The notes: generated from the letters alone by a model not told the origin. Numbered from the stretch's first letter, positions 20,108 through 29,790 are shown. The stretch is 35,248 bases of DNA from Pseudomonadota bacterium (GCA_038750185.1 JBCDHK010000001.1:1-35248), one strand, 5' to 3'. Numbers and translations are program-made.

Positions 20108-21322
20108 ATGCCGAAGATCCTGTTCGTCCATACCAACTTCCCGGCCCAGTTCGGCTTTCTTGGCGAGCGGCTGGCTAAGGCTGGGTGGGAAGTCGCCTAT
20201 GCCACGCGGCGCAAGGAAGCGCGCCATCCGCTGATCCGTGTCGTGCCGTTCGAGGAGTCGCGCGAGATCACCAAGGGGCTCCACCCCTATCTCTCCAATA
20301 CCGAGGCTGCCGTCATCACTGGCCAGCGCGCCGCCAAGACCTTCATTGCGCTGAAAAACCAGGGGTATGCGCCGGACATCGTCATGGCCCACTCCGGCTG
20401 GGGAGCCGGGCTCTTCGTGCGCGATGTCTGGCCTGAGACCGTCTTTGTCCCTTACTGCGAATGGTGGTATCGCTACCCGCCCATCGACAGCGCCTTCCTG
20501 GGTGATCTGGAGCCCTCGCCCGACACTCACCTGCGCCAGCGCGTGCGCAATGCGCCCATGTTGCTCGATCTGGAAGCCTGTGACTTCGCCCTCGCCCCGA
20601 CTGAATTCCAAGCGGCACAGTTTCCGCCGCGCTTGCGGGCGCTGCTCAAGGTGGTCCACGACGGCGTCGACACCGCGGTGCATGCGCCTGCAACCACTCG
20701 TCCCGAGCGCATCGGCGCGCTCGATACCGCCGCCATGCCCGAGATCGTCACCTACGCCACCCGCGGCATGGAGCCCCAGCGCGGCTTTCCCTCGTTCATG
20801 CGCGCCCTGGAAATCCTCCAAGATCGCCGCCCCGGCCTACACGCTATCATCGTCGGCACCGACCGCGTGGCCTACGGGCGCCAGCTTCCCGAGGGCGAAA
20901 GCTGGAAGCAGCGCATGCTGGCCGAGTGCACCCTCGATGAGAGCCGTACCCACTTTACCGGCCATCTTGGGCGCAGCGATTACCTCAAGGTGCTCCAAGT
21001 GACCGATGCGCATGTCTACCTCACGGCACCATTCGTGCTGTCGTGGTCCATGCTAGAGGCGATGAGCACGGCCTGCCCCTTGGTCGGCGCCGATGTCGAG
21101 CCGGTGCGCGAGTTTCTCACCCATGATGAAACCGGCCTGCTCACCGACTTTCACGACCCCAATTCCATCGCAACGGCGATCGAGTACATGCTCGACAACC
21201 CCGAGCGCGCCCGCGCCTACGGTATGGCCGCACGCAAGCTGATCCGCGAGCGGTATAACCTCGACACCGTCTTCGCCGCCAAGCGCACCATGCTGGAGGA
21301 CGCGCTGAACGCACGAGGATGA
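20108..21322 (+). CDS. GT4 glycosyltransferase (LFVHxNFPxQF N-terminal subtype)
   Basis: ILFVHTNFPAQF, PDIVMAHSGWG, TRGMEPQRGF, HVYLTAPFVLSWSMLEAM. Confidence 0.9.
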   Translation: MPKILFVHTNFPAQFGFLGERLAKAGWEVAYATRRKEARHPLIRVVPFEESREITKGLHPYLSNTEAAVITGQRAAKTFIALKNQGYAPDIVMAHSGWGAGLFVRDVWPETVFVPYCEWWYRYPPIDSAFLGDLEPSPDTHLRQRVRNAPMLLDLEACDFALAPTEFQAAQFPPRLRALLKVVHDGVDTAVHAPATTRPERIGALDTAAMPEIVTYATRGMEPQRGFPSFMRALEILQDRRPGLHAIIVGTDRVAYGRQLPEGESWKQRMLAECTLDESRTHFTGHLGRSDYLKVLQVTDAHVYLTAPFVLSWSMLEAMSTACPLVGADVEPVREFLTHDETGLLTDFHDPNSIATAIEYMLDNPERARAYGMAARKLIRERYNLDTVFAAKRTMLEDALNARG

Positions 21323-21425
21323 GGTCGTGTCTCAGTTTCATGTCTGCTCTGGTAATCAGCCGTTCGTGCTCAAGGGGCTGGCTGCACGTGATTTTCAAAC
21401 CGAGACACTGGGGGATGAGCGGCAA

Positions 21426-21456
21426 TTGACAGCCCGCAAGGCTTTGTACATAGACT
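21426..21456 (+). promoter_or_regulatory. Putative sigma70 promoter of argD-argF
   Basis: Consensus TTGACA (21426-21431) followed by CATAGA at a 17-nt spacer, or TAGACT at 19 nt. Confidence 0.5.
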
Positions 21457-21459
21457 AAT

Positions 21460-21498
21460 CAACGCCCCACGGCATCCGGCCTGGGGCGTTGTTTATTT
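21460..21498 (+). terminator. Intrinsic-terminator-like hairpin upstream of argD
   Basis: 10-bp stem CAACGCCCCA/TGGGGCGTTG followed by TTTATTT. Confidence 0.5.
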
Positions 21499-21548
21499 GG
21501 CCTGGAGCACCTTGCGCGCGAAAAGGCCCAACACAGGAGTACGACCCG

Positions 21549-22721
21549 GTGATCTCGCCCGTCATGCCGACTTACGCACGGGCACCGCTCAGCTTTGAGC
21601 GGGGCGAGGGGAGCTGGCTCATCGCCAACGACGGCAGCCGTTATCTCGATTTCGGCGCCGGCATTGCGGTGAACGCCCTTGGCCATGCCCATCCGAAACT
21701 CGTTGCAGCCCTCGAAGCCCAGGGCCGACGCGTGTGGCATGTCTCCAACCTCTACGAGATCCCCGAGCAGCGACGCCTGGCCGAGCAGCTTTGTGCGGCC
21801 ACCTTCGCCGATACGTGCTTTTTCACCAACTCGGGTACCGAGTCGAACGAACTGCTGATCAAGCTCGCGCGCAAGTATTGGGCCGCTCAAGGCCAGTCTG
21901 AGCGCTATCGGATCGTGACCTTCGAGGGCGCCTTCCATGGCCGCTCGACCGGAGCGATCGCGGCGGCGGGCTCGGCCAAGATGACCGATGGCTTCGGCCC
22001 GCTCATGCCCGGCTTCGACACGGTCGCCTGGGGAGACCATGAGGCTCTCAAGGCGGCCATTGGGCCGGAGACGGCGGCGGTCCTGATCGAGCCGATCCAG
22101 GGCGAGGGTGGCATCCGCCCCCTGCCCCTCGATTGTCTCAAGGGCTTGCGCACGCTTTGCGATGAGCATGGGGTGCTGCTTCTCCTCGACGAAGTCCAAT
22201 GCGGCATGGGGCGCACGGGCTATCTCTTTGCCCATGAGGCCGCGCGGATTGCGCCCGATGCCATGGCGGTGGCCAAGGGGATCGGTGGCGGCTTTCCGCT
22301 GGGCGCGGTGCTGGCCACGGAGGCGGCGGCGGCACCCATGGTCGCTGGCACGCATGGCTCGACCTATGGCGGCAATCCGCTGGCTTGTGCCATCGGCTCG
22401 GCGGTGGTCGAGACGGTTGCCGAGCCCAGCTTTCTGGCCGAAGTGCGCCGCAAGGCGGGGCTGCTCGCCCAGCGTCTTGGCGCACTGGCCGACGATAACG
22501 ATCTCATTGAGGAGGTGCGCGGTGTGGGCCTTATGATCGGGCTGCGTCTCTCGACACGGGTTACCCCATCCGATCTGGTGGGGGCTGCGCGCGACGAGCG
22601 CCTGATCGTTGTGCCTGCTGCGGACAACGTCGTGCGTTTGCTGCCGCCGCTCACCGTCTCGGACGAGGAGATCGGCGAGGGTATCGACCGTCTCGACCGC
22701 GCGTGCAAGGCGTTACAATGA
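21549..22721 (+). CDS. argD: Acetylornithine aminotransferase
   Basis: [65 protein letters not shown]; GTG start 21549 with SD AGGAG. Confidence 0.95.
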   Translation: MISPVMPTYARAPLSFERGEGSWLIANDGSRYLDFGAGIAVNALGHAHPKLVAALEAQGRRVWHVSNLYEIPEQRRLAEQLCAATFADTCFFTNSGTESNELLIKLARKYWAAQGQSERYRIVTFEGAFHGRSTGAIAAAGSAKMTDGFGPLMPGFDTVAWGDHEALKAAIGPETAAVLIEPIQGEGGIRPLPLDCLKGLRTLCDEHGVLLLLDEVQCGMGRTGYLFAHEAARIAPDAMAVAKGIGGGFPLGAVLATEAAAAPMVAGTHGSTYGGNPLACAIGSAVVETVAEPSFLAEVRRKAGLLAQRLGALADDNDLIEEVRGVGLMIGLRLSTRVTPSDLVGAARDERLIVVPAADNVVRLLPPLTVSDEEIGEGIDRLDRACKALQ

Positions 22722-23653
22722 CACGGCATTTTCTCGATCTCGATCAGGTGGCGCCAGCGGAGCTGCGCGCCATCCTCGACCAGTCGGCCCAGACCAAACA
22801 GGCACGTAACGGCGCCCCCCGCCTGACGCCCGACGCCGAACAGCCGCTCAAAAACCGCATCGTGGCGCTGATCTTCGAGAAGCCCTCGACGCGCACGCGC
22901 ATCTCGTTTGACGTCGGCATCCGCCAGATGGGTGGCGAGACCATGGTACTCTCGGGCACCGAAATGCAGCTTGGCCATGGCGAGACCGTGGCCGACACCG
23001 CCCGCGTGCTCTCGCGTTATGTCGATGCGATCATGATCCGCACCTTCAGCCACACCACGCTGGAGGAAATGGCCGAGCACGCCAGCGTGCCCGTGGTCAA
23101 TGGCCTCACCAACCGCTCCCATCCCTGCCAGATCATGGCCGATGTGATGACTTTTGAGGAAACCGTCGGCCCGATTGCTGGGCGCCGGGTGGTGTGGTCG
23201 GGCGATGGCAACAACGTCTGTCACTCGTGGATCCAGGCGGCGGCGGCGTTTGGCTTCGAGCTGGTCTTCACCGGCCCCGAGACCCTTCAGCCCGAGGCGG
23301 AGATGGTCGAAGCGGCACGCGCTGCCGGGGCCACGGTGCGCCTCGAAGCCGATCCCGAGCGCGCCGTGGCCGGTGCCGATGCCGTGGTCACCGACACCTG
23401 GCTCTCGATGCACGACGACCCTTCGGCACGCGACCGGCGCCACAACCAGCTCAAACCCTACCAGGTGACGGCTGAACTGATGGCCCATGCCGCCGAGCAC
23501 GCCGTGTTCATGCACTGCCTGCCCGCTCACCGCGACGAGGAGGTGACGTCCGAAGTCTTCGACGGGCCGCAATCGGTGGTGTTCGACGAGGCGGAAAACC
23601 GCTTGCACGTGCAAAAAGGCATTTTGCGCTGGTGCTTGCAGCCGACCGGCTGA
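22718..23653 (+). CDS. argF: Ornithine carbamoyltransferase
   Basis: [45 protein letters not shown]; ATGA overlap with argD. Confidence 0.97.
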   Translation: MTRHFLDLDQVAPAELRAILDQSAQTKQARNGAPRLTPDAEQPLKNRIVALIFEKPSTRTRISFDVGIRQMGGETMVLSGTEMQLGHGETVADTARVLSRYVDAIMIRTFSHTTLEEMAEHASVPVVNGLTNRSHPCQIMADVMTFEETVGPIAGRRVVWSGDGNNVCHSWIQAAAAFGFELVFTGPETLQPEAEMVEAARAAGATVRLEADPERAVAGADAVVTDTWLSMHDDPSARDRRHNQLKPYQVTAELMAHAAEHAVFMHCLPAHRDEEVTSEVFDGPQSVVFDEAENRLHVQKGILRWCLQPTG

Positions 23654-23708
23654 CGGGGCTGGCCCACGCCAGCACCCCCTGCGCATGATGGCGGTAGCGC
23701 CGCGCCCT

Positions 23709-25001
23709 TCAGGGCTGGTCGCCTCCGATCACCGCGGCCAGTTGGCGCGTCAGTAACGCCGGGCGCCGCCGGCCCTGCAGTAAGGCACGCGCGCGGGCGC
23801 TCAAAAGGGCCTCGCGCGTATCACGCTCGGCATTGGCGGCGATCTCGGCGATGGCGCTGGCGTAGCGCTCTGGAGTGTGGAGGGCTTCGAGGCGAGCGCG
23901 CCCGGCGGCGCCCACCTGCTCAGAGAGCCCACGCTCAGCATCAAGACGGCGCAACAGCGCCTGGAGCGCCTCGCGTTCGCCTTGGACGGGGATCTTGAAA
24001 GCCACCTCGTCAGGCAGCGCACCATACCAACCCTGATCGGTGACGGCTGCCGCCGCCGCAGCATTCCAGATCCGCAATTGGCTGCCCGAAGCCTCACCCA
24101 TGGTGGGATGGCGCAGATTAAACGCCAAGTGCGCTTGGCGAAGGGCGTCGTCCAGCACCTCTTCCGCCACAAAACCGTTGAAGCGTACTTTGTCGCTCAG
24201 ACCAAGGCGCGCGATCTTGGTGCGGACGCGGTCTTCGTCGCGAAACTGGCCATAGAGCCCAAGCTCAAAGGCCAGATCGAGCCCAGCCAGCGCTTCGAGC
24301 ACGCTGTCGAGGCGGCGGTTAGGCGCCATGTAACCAAACTGCACCAGCTTGAGCGGCCCCTCGGAGGCCCGCGCCGCGCTCGCCGCAGGGCTTGGCGCGA
24401 AAGGCAATTCGGTCTGATAGGCGGGTACGAACTTGCGCGCTGTCACCGCCTTGAAGGCGGTATCGGTGTGGATCAGCACGGCAGTGGCGCGGGGCAGTGC
24501 GATCTCGAAAAGCGGAAAGCGCGTAGCGGCCTCGGCAGGCGACAGTTGCTTGGCCAGGATGCGCTCGCTCGCCTCGCGGCCCTCGCGGCCATACCATGCC
24601 GCCATGGCAGCACGGTAGGCGCCGTGATCGATCAGGCCGTTCTCCAACATCATCCACGCCAGATCCTGAAGGCCCAGATCATGGAGCACGACACACCCCG
24701 GCACGCGCCGCGCCACTTTGAGGATCCCGGCGTGAAACAGCCAGGAGTTGCCGATCTGATAGACCACCATCTCCGAGGAGGCCGGGCGCGGCGGCAGACC
24801 GCTGAGATCGAAGGGCATATGTGCGTCTGCATCGAGATGGCGCACCGGGGCGAGGCGTTCGATCTCCGGGTCCCAGGGCTCGGTGCTCCAGAGCACGACA
24901 TCGACGTGTTCGAGCAGCGCTGGCAGGATACGCCGGGTATAGTGCGCGATGTCAGTCTCGGCAGGGGGCAGCGGCGAGACCCAGTGCAGGCGCGCTCTCA
25001 T
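23709..25001 (-). CDS. GT4-type glycosyltransferase (430 aa)
   Basis: RLHWVSPLPPAETDIAHYT, VYQIGNS..H, VVLHD, FNLRHPTMGEASG; true start ATG 25001 overlaps the upstream stop (ATGA). Confidence 0.85.
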   Translation of the reverse strand: MRARLHWVSPLPPAETDIAHYTRRILPALLEHVDVVLWSTEPWDPEIERLAPVRHLDADAHMPFDLSGLPPRPASSEMVVYQIGNSWLFHAGILKVARRVPGCVVLHDLGLQDLAWMMLENGLIDHGAYRAAMAAWYGREGREASERILAKQLSPAEAATRFPLFEIALPRATAVLIHTDTAFKAVTARKFVPAYQTELPFAPSPAASAARASEGPLKLVQFGYMAPNRRLDSVLEALAGLDLAFELGLYGQFRDEDRVRTKIARLGLSDKVRFNGFVAEEVLDDALRQAHLAFNLRHPTMGEASGSQLRIWNAAAAAAVTDQGWYGALPDEVAFKIPVQGEREALQALLRRLDAERGLSEQVGAAGRARLEALHTPERYASAIAEIAANAERDTREALLSARARALLQGRRRPALLTRQLAAVIGGDQP

Positions 25002-27325
25002 GGCCGGGCAAGCGCCAGGAAGGCGGCTTCGGTACAGGGTAGCGCGAGGGGTGCGCCACGCCCGGCCCCGGCCAGCGGCCCGGCGCCGGCTTCGAACAGC
25101 CCTATGCGTAGTGTGCCGAGGGCGCCGTCGCCGCCGAGCACCAACGCGATCTCGGCACTCTCGCCGGGGGGGACGCCGTGGGGCAGCTCGATCTGGGCGC
25201 TGGGGTGGACCAGGGTACCATGGGCATCGATCCAATCGAGCGAGAGCGTCATGGCGAACGGGCCTTCTGCCACCCAGGCGCGCCGCGAGGTGTTATCGGC
25301 GCGGACCACCAGCGTGTCGCCCTCGCGCCGTGCAAGGCTCAGCCGCCCAGAGAGTTGTTCGGGGCGGCCATGGTAGAACGCTTCGGGGGCGGGCCCCGGA
25401 GTGCCCGTCTTGCGCCCGAGCCAGAGGATGGTTTCGCCGCGCATACTAAAATCGTCGTCACGCGCTGTCAGTACGGCGGCGGCGGCAGGGTCGATGTGAT
25501 CGTCATAGACATCGGCGGTGCACAATCGGACGGTGCTAAAGCCAGCCGCCTCGCCCAAAATCGCCACCTCGCGCGGCACGTACTCGCGGTTGTGGCGGCC
25601 ATGCACGCCGCCCACCGGCACGAACAGGCCAAAGGAATAGGGGCTGTTGCCGGCCAGGATTTTGGCCACGCTGCGGTGGCTCGACATGTTGGGGGTGGTG
25701 ATCAGCAGGTGTCCGCCGGGCCGTAGCACACGGTTGGCCTCAGAGAAGAAATGGAACGGGTCGACGGCGAAATGCTCGACGATCTCCATGGCTAGGACGA
25801 GGTCTTGGCTGGCCGGGCCAAAGGGCAGCGCCTCGCGCTCGACGTTGGCGGGGTGAACGGCGATCTCCACTGGCTCCAGCCCCGCGCGCTGAGGGACTAG
25901 GCGCTGGCGATGGGGGTGGCGTTCGCTCCAGATGCCGGTGATCGCGGCGTTGGGGCGTTGGCGCGCCAGCATGGCCTGAAACACAAAGGGCGGCGACACG
26001 CCGACATCGAGCAGATACGCGCCGTCCACGTCTTCGATCATCGCCAGTGTGGCCAGATAGCGCCGCCAGTGGCTGGCCAGATAGGGGTGCTTGTCGGCCT
26101 CGGCGCGCGGCGCCCAAAAGCCGGGCACCGTGGCGAAGTCATAGGCCTTGAGCAGCGCATCCAGGCTCTCAAACGGTGGATTGGCCGGCGTGGGTGGGGC
26201 CAGCAAGCCCGCCAGCGCCTTGAGATCGGGCGCGCGTGCCTCGGGCCGGGGCGGGGCGGCATCGGGGAGGACGCTGCGCTGCTCGCCGGTGAGCGCTGCC
26301 ACCACTGCGTCCCAGGTGATGCCCTTGGCCTGAAACGCTGCGTGGCCAGCCTGCCCCCAGCGCTCGGCCTCCTTGGGGCTTGTTGACACCCGCTCAAACG
26401 CGGCGCCGAGCGCTGCTGGCGTCGGCTCGACCACCAGCCCCTCGCGCGCGTCTGCAATAAACTCCAGCGGGCCCCCTGCATCGGTGGCCGTGATGACCGG
26501 GCGGGCCGAGAGCATGGCCTCCAGCGTGATGTAGCCGTAGTCCTCATCCACGGGCACGAACACCACCGCGCGCGCTCCCGCATAGAGGCGGATCATGCGC
26601 TCGTCGGAGATCGCGCCCAGGATCTCGACCCGGTCGGCCACGCCGCGCTCGCGCGCCAGCTTGGCCAGGGTGGCGTCGTAGCCTGGGCGGTCGGGGGGTC
26701 CGGCCAGCACGAGCCGCGCCGAGGGGGCGTGGGTGAGGGCTTCGATCATCAGCGTCTGGCGCTTGCTGGGGCCAAGGCGTGAGGGGGCGAAGAGGTAATC
26801 GCCATAAGGGCCCACCCGCAGGCGCTCGGCATTGGGCGGGGGATGGTAGAGCGGGGTCGAGGTGATGCCTAAGTGGCGCTGCATTCTCGCGGCGACATTC
26901 TGGGAATTGGCGAAGACCTGGGTGTCGCGCGCACTGAAGGCTGAGCGGTCCTCGGCGCGGATCAGTTCGCGCACGGCCAGGCCATCGGGGTCTTGCTGTA
27001 GCTCGGAGACCCCCGCCTCCCACATGTCGTAGACTTGGCGGTGCTGGTGCAAGATCCAGTAGTATTTGTCAGGGTGTCGAACGAGATAGGCCGGAAACTT
27101 AAGACCGACCACCCGGTCGACCGGATAGCCCAGATCGGAGAGGTCGATCAGTTTGGCCGCCATCAGGCTCTCGGCCAGCACCCGCCCTGGAAACGGCTTG
27201 AACGGTATCGAGATCTCGCAGGCCTCAAAACCGCGCGCCTTCAGGGCTGCGACCAGATTGGCGGCATGGCGTTCGGCACCGCCGATGATGAACGGGGTCT
27301 GGGTGGTCAGCACGCCAAGGCGCAT
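24998..27325 (-). CDS. Fusion protein: GT4 glycosyltransferase + class I SAM methyltransferase + C-terminal Ig-like domain (775 aa)
   Basis: GT4 motifs PFIIGGAE, LKFPAY, HQHRQVYD, KRQ and EDYGYITLE; MTase motifs LLDVG, DLVLAMEIVEHF, RVLRPGGHLLITTPN; beta-rich C-terminus (VVRADNT..W, LDWID, LPHGVPPGES). Confidence 0.85.
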   Translation of the reverse strand: MRLGVLTTQTPFIIGGAERHAANLVAALKARGFEACEISIPFKPFPGRVLAESLMAAKLIDLSDLGYPVDRVVGLKFPAYLVRHPDKYYWILHQHRQVYDMWEAGVSELQQDPDGLAVRELIRAEDRSAFSARDTQVFANSQNVAARMQRHLGITSTPLYHPPPNAERLRVGPYGDYLFAPSRLGPSKRQTLMIEALTHAPSARLVLAGPPDRPGYDATLAKLARERGVADRVEILGAISDERMIRLYAGARAVVFVPVDEDYGYITLEAMLSARPVITATDAGGPLEFIADAREGLVVEPTPAALGAAFERVSTSPKEAERWGQAGHAAFQAKGITWDAVVAALTGEQRSVLPDAAPPRPEARAPDLKALAGLLAPPTPANPPFESLDALLKAYDFATVPGFWAPRAEADKHPYLASHWRRYLATLAMIEDVDGAYLLDVGVSPPFVFQAMLARQRPNAAITGIWSERHPHRQRLVPQRAGLEPVEIAVHPANVEREALPFGPASQDLVLAMEIVEHFAVDPFHFFSEANRVLRPGGHLLITTPNMSSHRSVAKILAGNSPYSFGLFVPVGGVHGRHNREYVPREVAILGEAAGFSTVRLCTADVYDDHIDPAAAAVLTARDDDFSMRGETILWLGRKTGTPGPAPEAFYHGRPEQLSGRLSLARREGDTLVVRADNTSRRAWVAEGPFAMTLSLDWIDAHGTLVHPSAQIELPHGVPPGESAEIALVLGGDGALGTLRIGLFEAGAGPLAGAGRGAPLALPCTEAAFLALARP

Positions 27326-28617
27326 CAGGCGCTCCGCGGCTTGTGGGCCAGGATGCTGAGGTCTTGCGGGCCGAACAGGAGATGCGCCACGTCCTTATCG
27401 AGCCGCCCCTCGGCCACCACCAGCGTCTCGGCTTCATAGGGATGGAGCGTGCGGGTCTCGACCGGGTGAAAGCCGATGGTATCGAGCAGCGTGGTCATGG
27501 CCTCGGCGGGCAGCGGTTTGCGGTGGGTCGGATCGATGTGGAAGGTGGTGGCGCCCACGATCAGGTTGCGCGGGTTGGGGGTCTCGTATAGGAGGAGCCC
27601 TCCCGGCGCCAACACGCGCAGCGCTTCGCGGCTCATCCAGGCGACGGTGTCGAAAGGCAGGTGCTCGATCAGGTGGTGGGCGGTGATGGCGGCGTAAGCG
27701 CCGTCGGGGGCCTGGGCTAAGGCCTCCAACGCATCGCCCTCGCGCACATCGAGGCCGAGCGCTTGGGCGTCGGCGATCTGGACTGGGTTAAGGTCGATCC
27801 CGGAGGCGGCGATCCCCTCGCGCGTGAGCAACTCGACCCACTCGCCCCGCCCGCAGCCCAGATCGAATACCGGTTTGCCGCTGGCCTCGACCGCCCGTTG
27901 CACTTCGCCGAGATAGACGCGCAGCCGCTCGCGGATGTCCTCGCGGGCGCCGCGGTAGCGGTCCTCTAGGCGGTTGTAGAAGGCATCGAGCAGCGCATCC
28001 AGGCCTTCGCGGCGCTCGGGCGGTGGCCCTGGGGGGGTGGTGTGCGTCTCGGCACCGTTGGTGTAGCGCAGCAGATCGAGGCGGCGGGCAAGATCGCTAT
28101 AGGAACGCGAGAGCAAGGCCTGCTCGGCACGCAACGCGGCCAGGCTTTGCTCCAGATGTCCGGCCTCGGCCTTGCGTTCCAGATGCTCGGACAGCTCGTC
28201 CATCCGGCGTTCCAGGCGCTCAGATAGCGCCTCGATCTCGCCTTGAACTTCGGTCACGCCCTCCGAGACGCCGAGCAGATCATCGCCGAGCGCCCCCAGG
28301 CGCGGCTCGATCGAGGCCAGTGTGCGACTGGCGGATTTGGCCTGCTGGGCGGTGTTGCCGAGCTTGAAAAAGGCGGAGAAGTAACGCTCCAGGCGTTTCA
28401 ATGGGGACACGCGCAAAGCCTCCTGGCTGGACCGCGCAGGCTGACGCGCGGAGGGGGAGCGGACCAAAGAGCGGGGGGCACGCGCGCTGGACAGCGCCAT
28501 CGCCTCAGCGGGCATACCCGGGCGCAAACGCTCTTCCAGGCTGGGACGCATGGCGCGCACCACAGTGCTGTTTGTGGCGCTCTTGGCGGTGTCCTCGGCG
28601 TCACGCATGCCCTTCAT
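27325..28617 (-). CDS. Class I SAM methyltransferase with long N-terminal coiled coil
   Basis: FYNRLEDRYRG, VFDLGCGRGEW, HLIEHL, LAPGGLLLYETPNP, DPTHRKP; heptad-rich region upstream. Start uncertain (28617/28608/28551). Confidence 0.85.
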   Translation of the reverse strand: MKGMRDAEDTAKSATNSTVVRAMRPSLEERLRPGMPAEAMALSSARAPRSLVRSPSARQPARSSQEALRVSPLKRLERYFSAFFKLGNTAQQAKSASRTLASIEPRLGALGDDLLGVSEGVTEVQGEIEALSERLERRMDELSEHLERKAEAGHLEQSLAALRAEQALLSRSYSDLARRLDLLRYTNGAETHTTPPGPPPERREGLDALLDAFYNRLEDRYRGAREDIRERLRVYLGEVQRAVEASGKPVFDLGCGRGEWVELLTREGIAASGIDLNPVQIADAQALGLDVREGDALEALAQAPDGAYAAITAHHLIEHLPFDTVAWMSREALRVLAPGGLLLYETPNPRNLIVGATTFHIDPTHRKPLPAEAMTTLLDTIGFHPVETRTLHPYEAETLVVAEGRLDKDVAHLLFGPQDLSILAHKPRSA

Positions 28618-28758
28618 GCGGCGGTGTATGCGACAGGCCCCAAAGCGATGCAAGCTGGGGCTGGCGGCCACCCTCGCATCGGGTCTGGGCAGCGCGTTTT
28701 CTCAGGCGTATACACCCGCCATCGCGCCAGGGCACCTGCCCGTCAGCCGGAGAACGCC

Positions 28759-29790
28759 ATGCTTGCCAAAGACACCGTCGAGACCGCTTTTCGCCTGATC
28801 CTCGGCCGCCCGCCCGAAAGCGATGCCGTGTGCGAGGCGCATTGCAACTTTGAGAGCACCGAGGCGCTGCGCGAGGCCCTGTTCGCCAGCGGCGAGTTCG
28901 ACCGTTTCTACAGGGCACTCTGCGTGCGCCAGGAGCGCCAGCGCACCCTGGACAAACGCCAGCAGGCCCTGGGCGGCGAAGAGGGCGATTATACGGTGGC
29001 CAAAATCCACACCGGCCAGAGTGTCCTGTTGCCTGCCAACGCCGTCGAGACCGCAACCGCGCCGGAGGCCGAGGCCCGGCTCTGGGCGCGCATCGCCACA
29101 AGCTGGACCGGGCTTGGGCGCGAGGCAGCCCATTGGTCGGTGCTCACCCACGATGATTTCCGCCCTGGAGCGCTCGAAGACAACCGCGAGGACTTCAAGC
29201 GCTCTGCCGATGTGGACGGCCTGCTGGTCGATGCCGCCCTTCAGCGCCTGCCCGGTGTGCGCGCGGACGCCTTGCATTGTCTGGAGATCGGCTGCGGTGT
29301 CGGGCGTGTCACGCGGGTCTTGGCCGAGCGCTTTCGTGCGGTGAGTGGGGCCGATGTCTCTGCCGAACACCTGGCGATTGCGCGCGACGATCTGGTTGCG
29401 GCAGGCCACAAGGACGTCGATCTCATCCACATCCAGCGCATGGAGGACTATGCCGCCCTGCCCTCGCACGGGTTTTTCTATTCGCGTCTGGTGCTCCAGC
29501 ACAATCCGCCCCCCGTGCAGGCGGCCATTTTACGTGCGGTCTTCGCAGCCCTCGATGCCCAAGGCGTGGCGCTGTTTCAGGCCGTCACCCACGCCATGGG
29601 CTACCACTACAGCGTCGAGGACGATCTGAGCGACACCCGCGAGCCCATCGAAATGCACCCCCTGCCCCAAGCCACCATCTTTGCGCTGATGGCCGAAGCC
29701 GGGCTCGATCTGATCGAGGTGCAGGAAGACGATGCGGCCGGGCTCGATGGCTTTTATCGCTCGCATCTATTTCTGGCGCAAAAGCGCTAG
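28759..29790 (+). CDS. Class I SAM methyltransferase with N-terminal DUF4214-like motif
   Basis: ATG 28759 with SD GGAG; N-terminal AFRLILGRPPE...LFASGEF; LEIGCGVGR, GADVS, SRLVLQHNPPP. Confidence 0.85.
   Translation: MLAKDTVETAFRLILGRPPESDAVCEAHCNFESTEALREALFASGEFDRFYRALCVRQERQRTLDKRQQALGGEEGDYTVAKIHTGQSVLLPANAVETATAPEAEARLWARIATSWTGLGREAAHWSVLTHDDFRPGALEDNREDFKRSADVDGLLVDAALQRLPGVRADALHCLEIGCGVGRVTRVLAERFRAVSGADVSAEHLAIARDDLVAAGHKDVDLIHIQRMEDYAALPSHGFFYSRLVLQHNPPPVQAAILRAVFAALDAQGVALFQAVTHAMGYHYSVEDDLSDTREPIEMHPLPQATIFALMAEAGLDLIEVQEDDAAGLDGFYRSHLFLAQKR

Noticed and set aside
23655-23678. Small hairpins after argF (23655-23678) and after the 28759 MTase (29827-29844)
   Set aside because: 6-7 bp stems without U-tracts in GC-rich DNA; cannot be distinguished from chance.
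22364-23686. 440-aa antisense ORF over argD/argF, and similar long shadow ORFs (3617-4696, 9752-10807, 14003-15178, 19757-20821, 23877-25376)
   Set aside because: They lie opposite confidently identified genes, have no recognisable motifs, and are expected in high-GC DNA where stop codons are rare.
28243-28758. N-terminal 172 aa of the 515-aa ORF 28243-29790
   Set aside because: Largely overlaps the divergent MTase on the opposite strand; the real start with an SD is ATG 28759.
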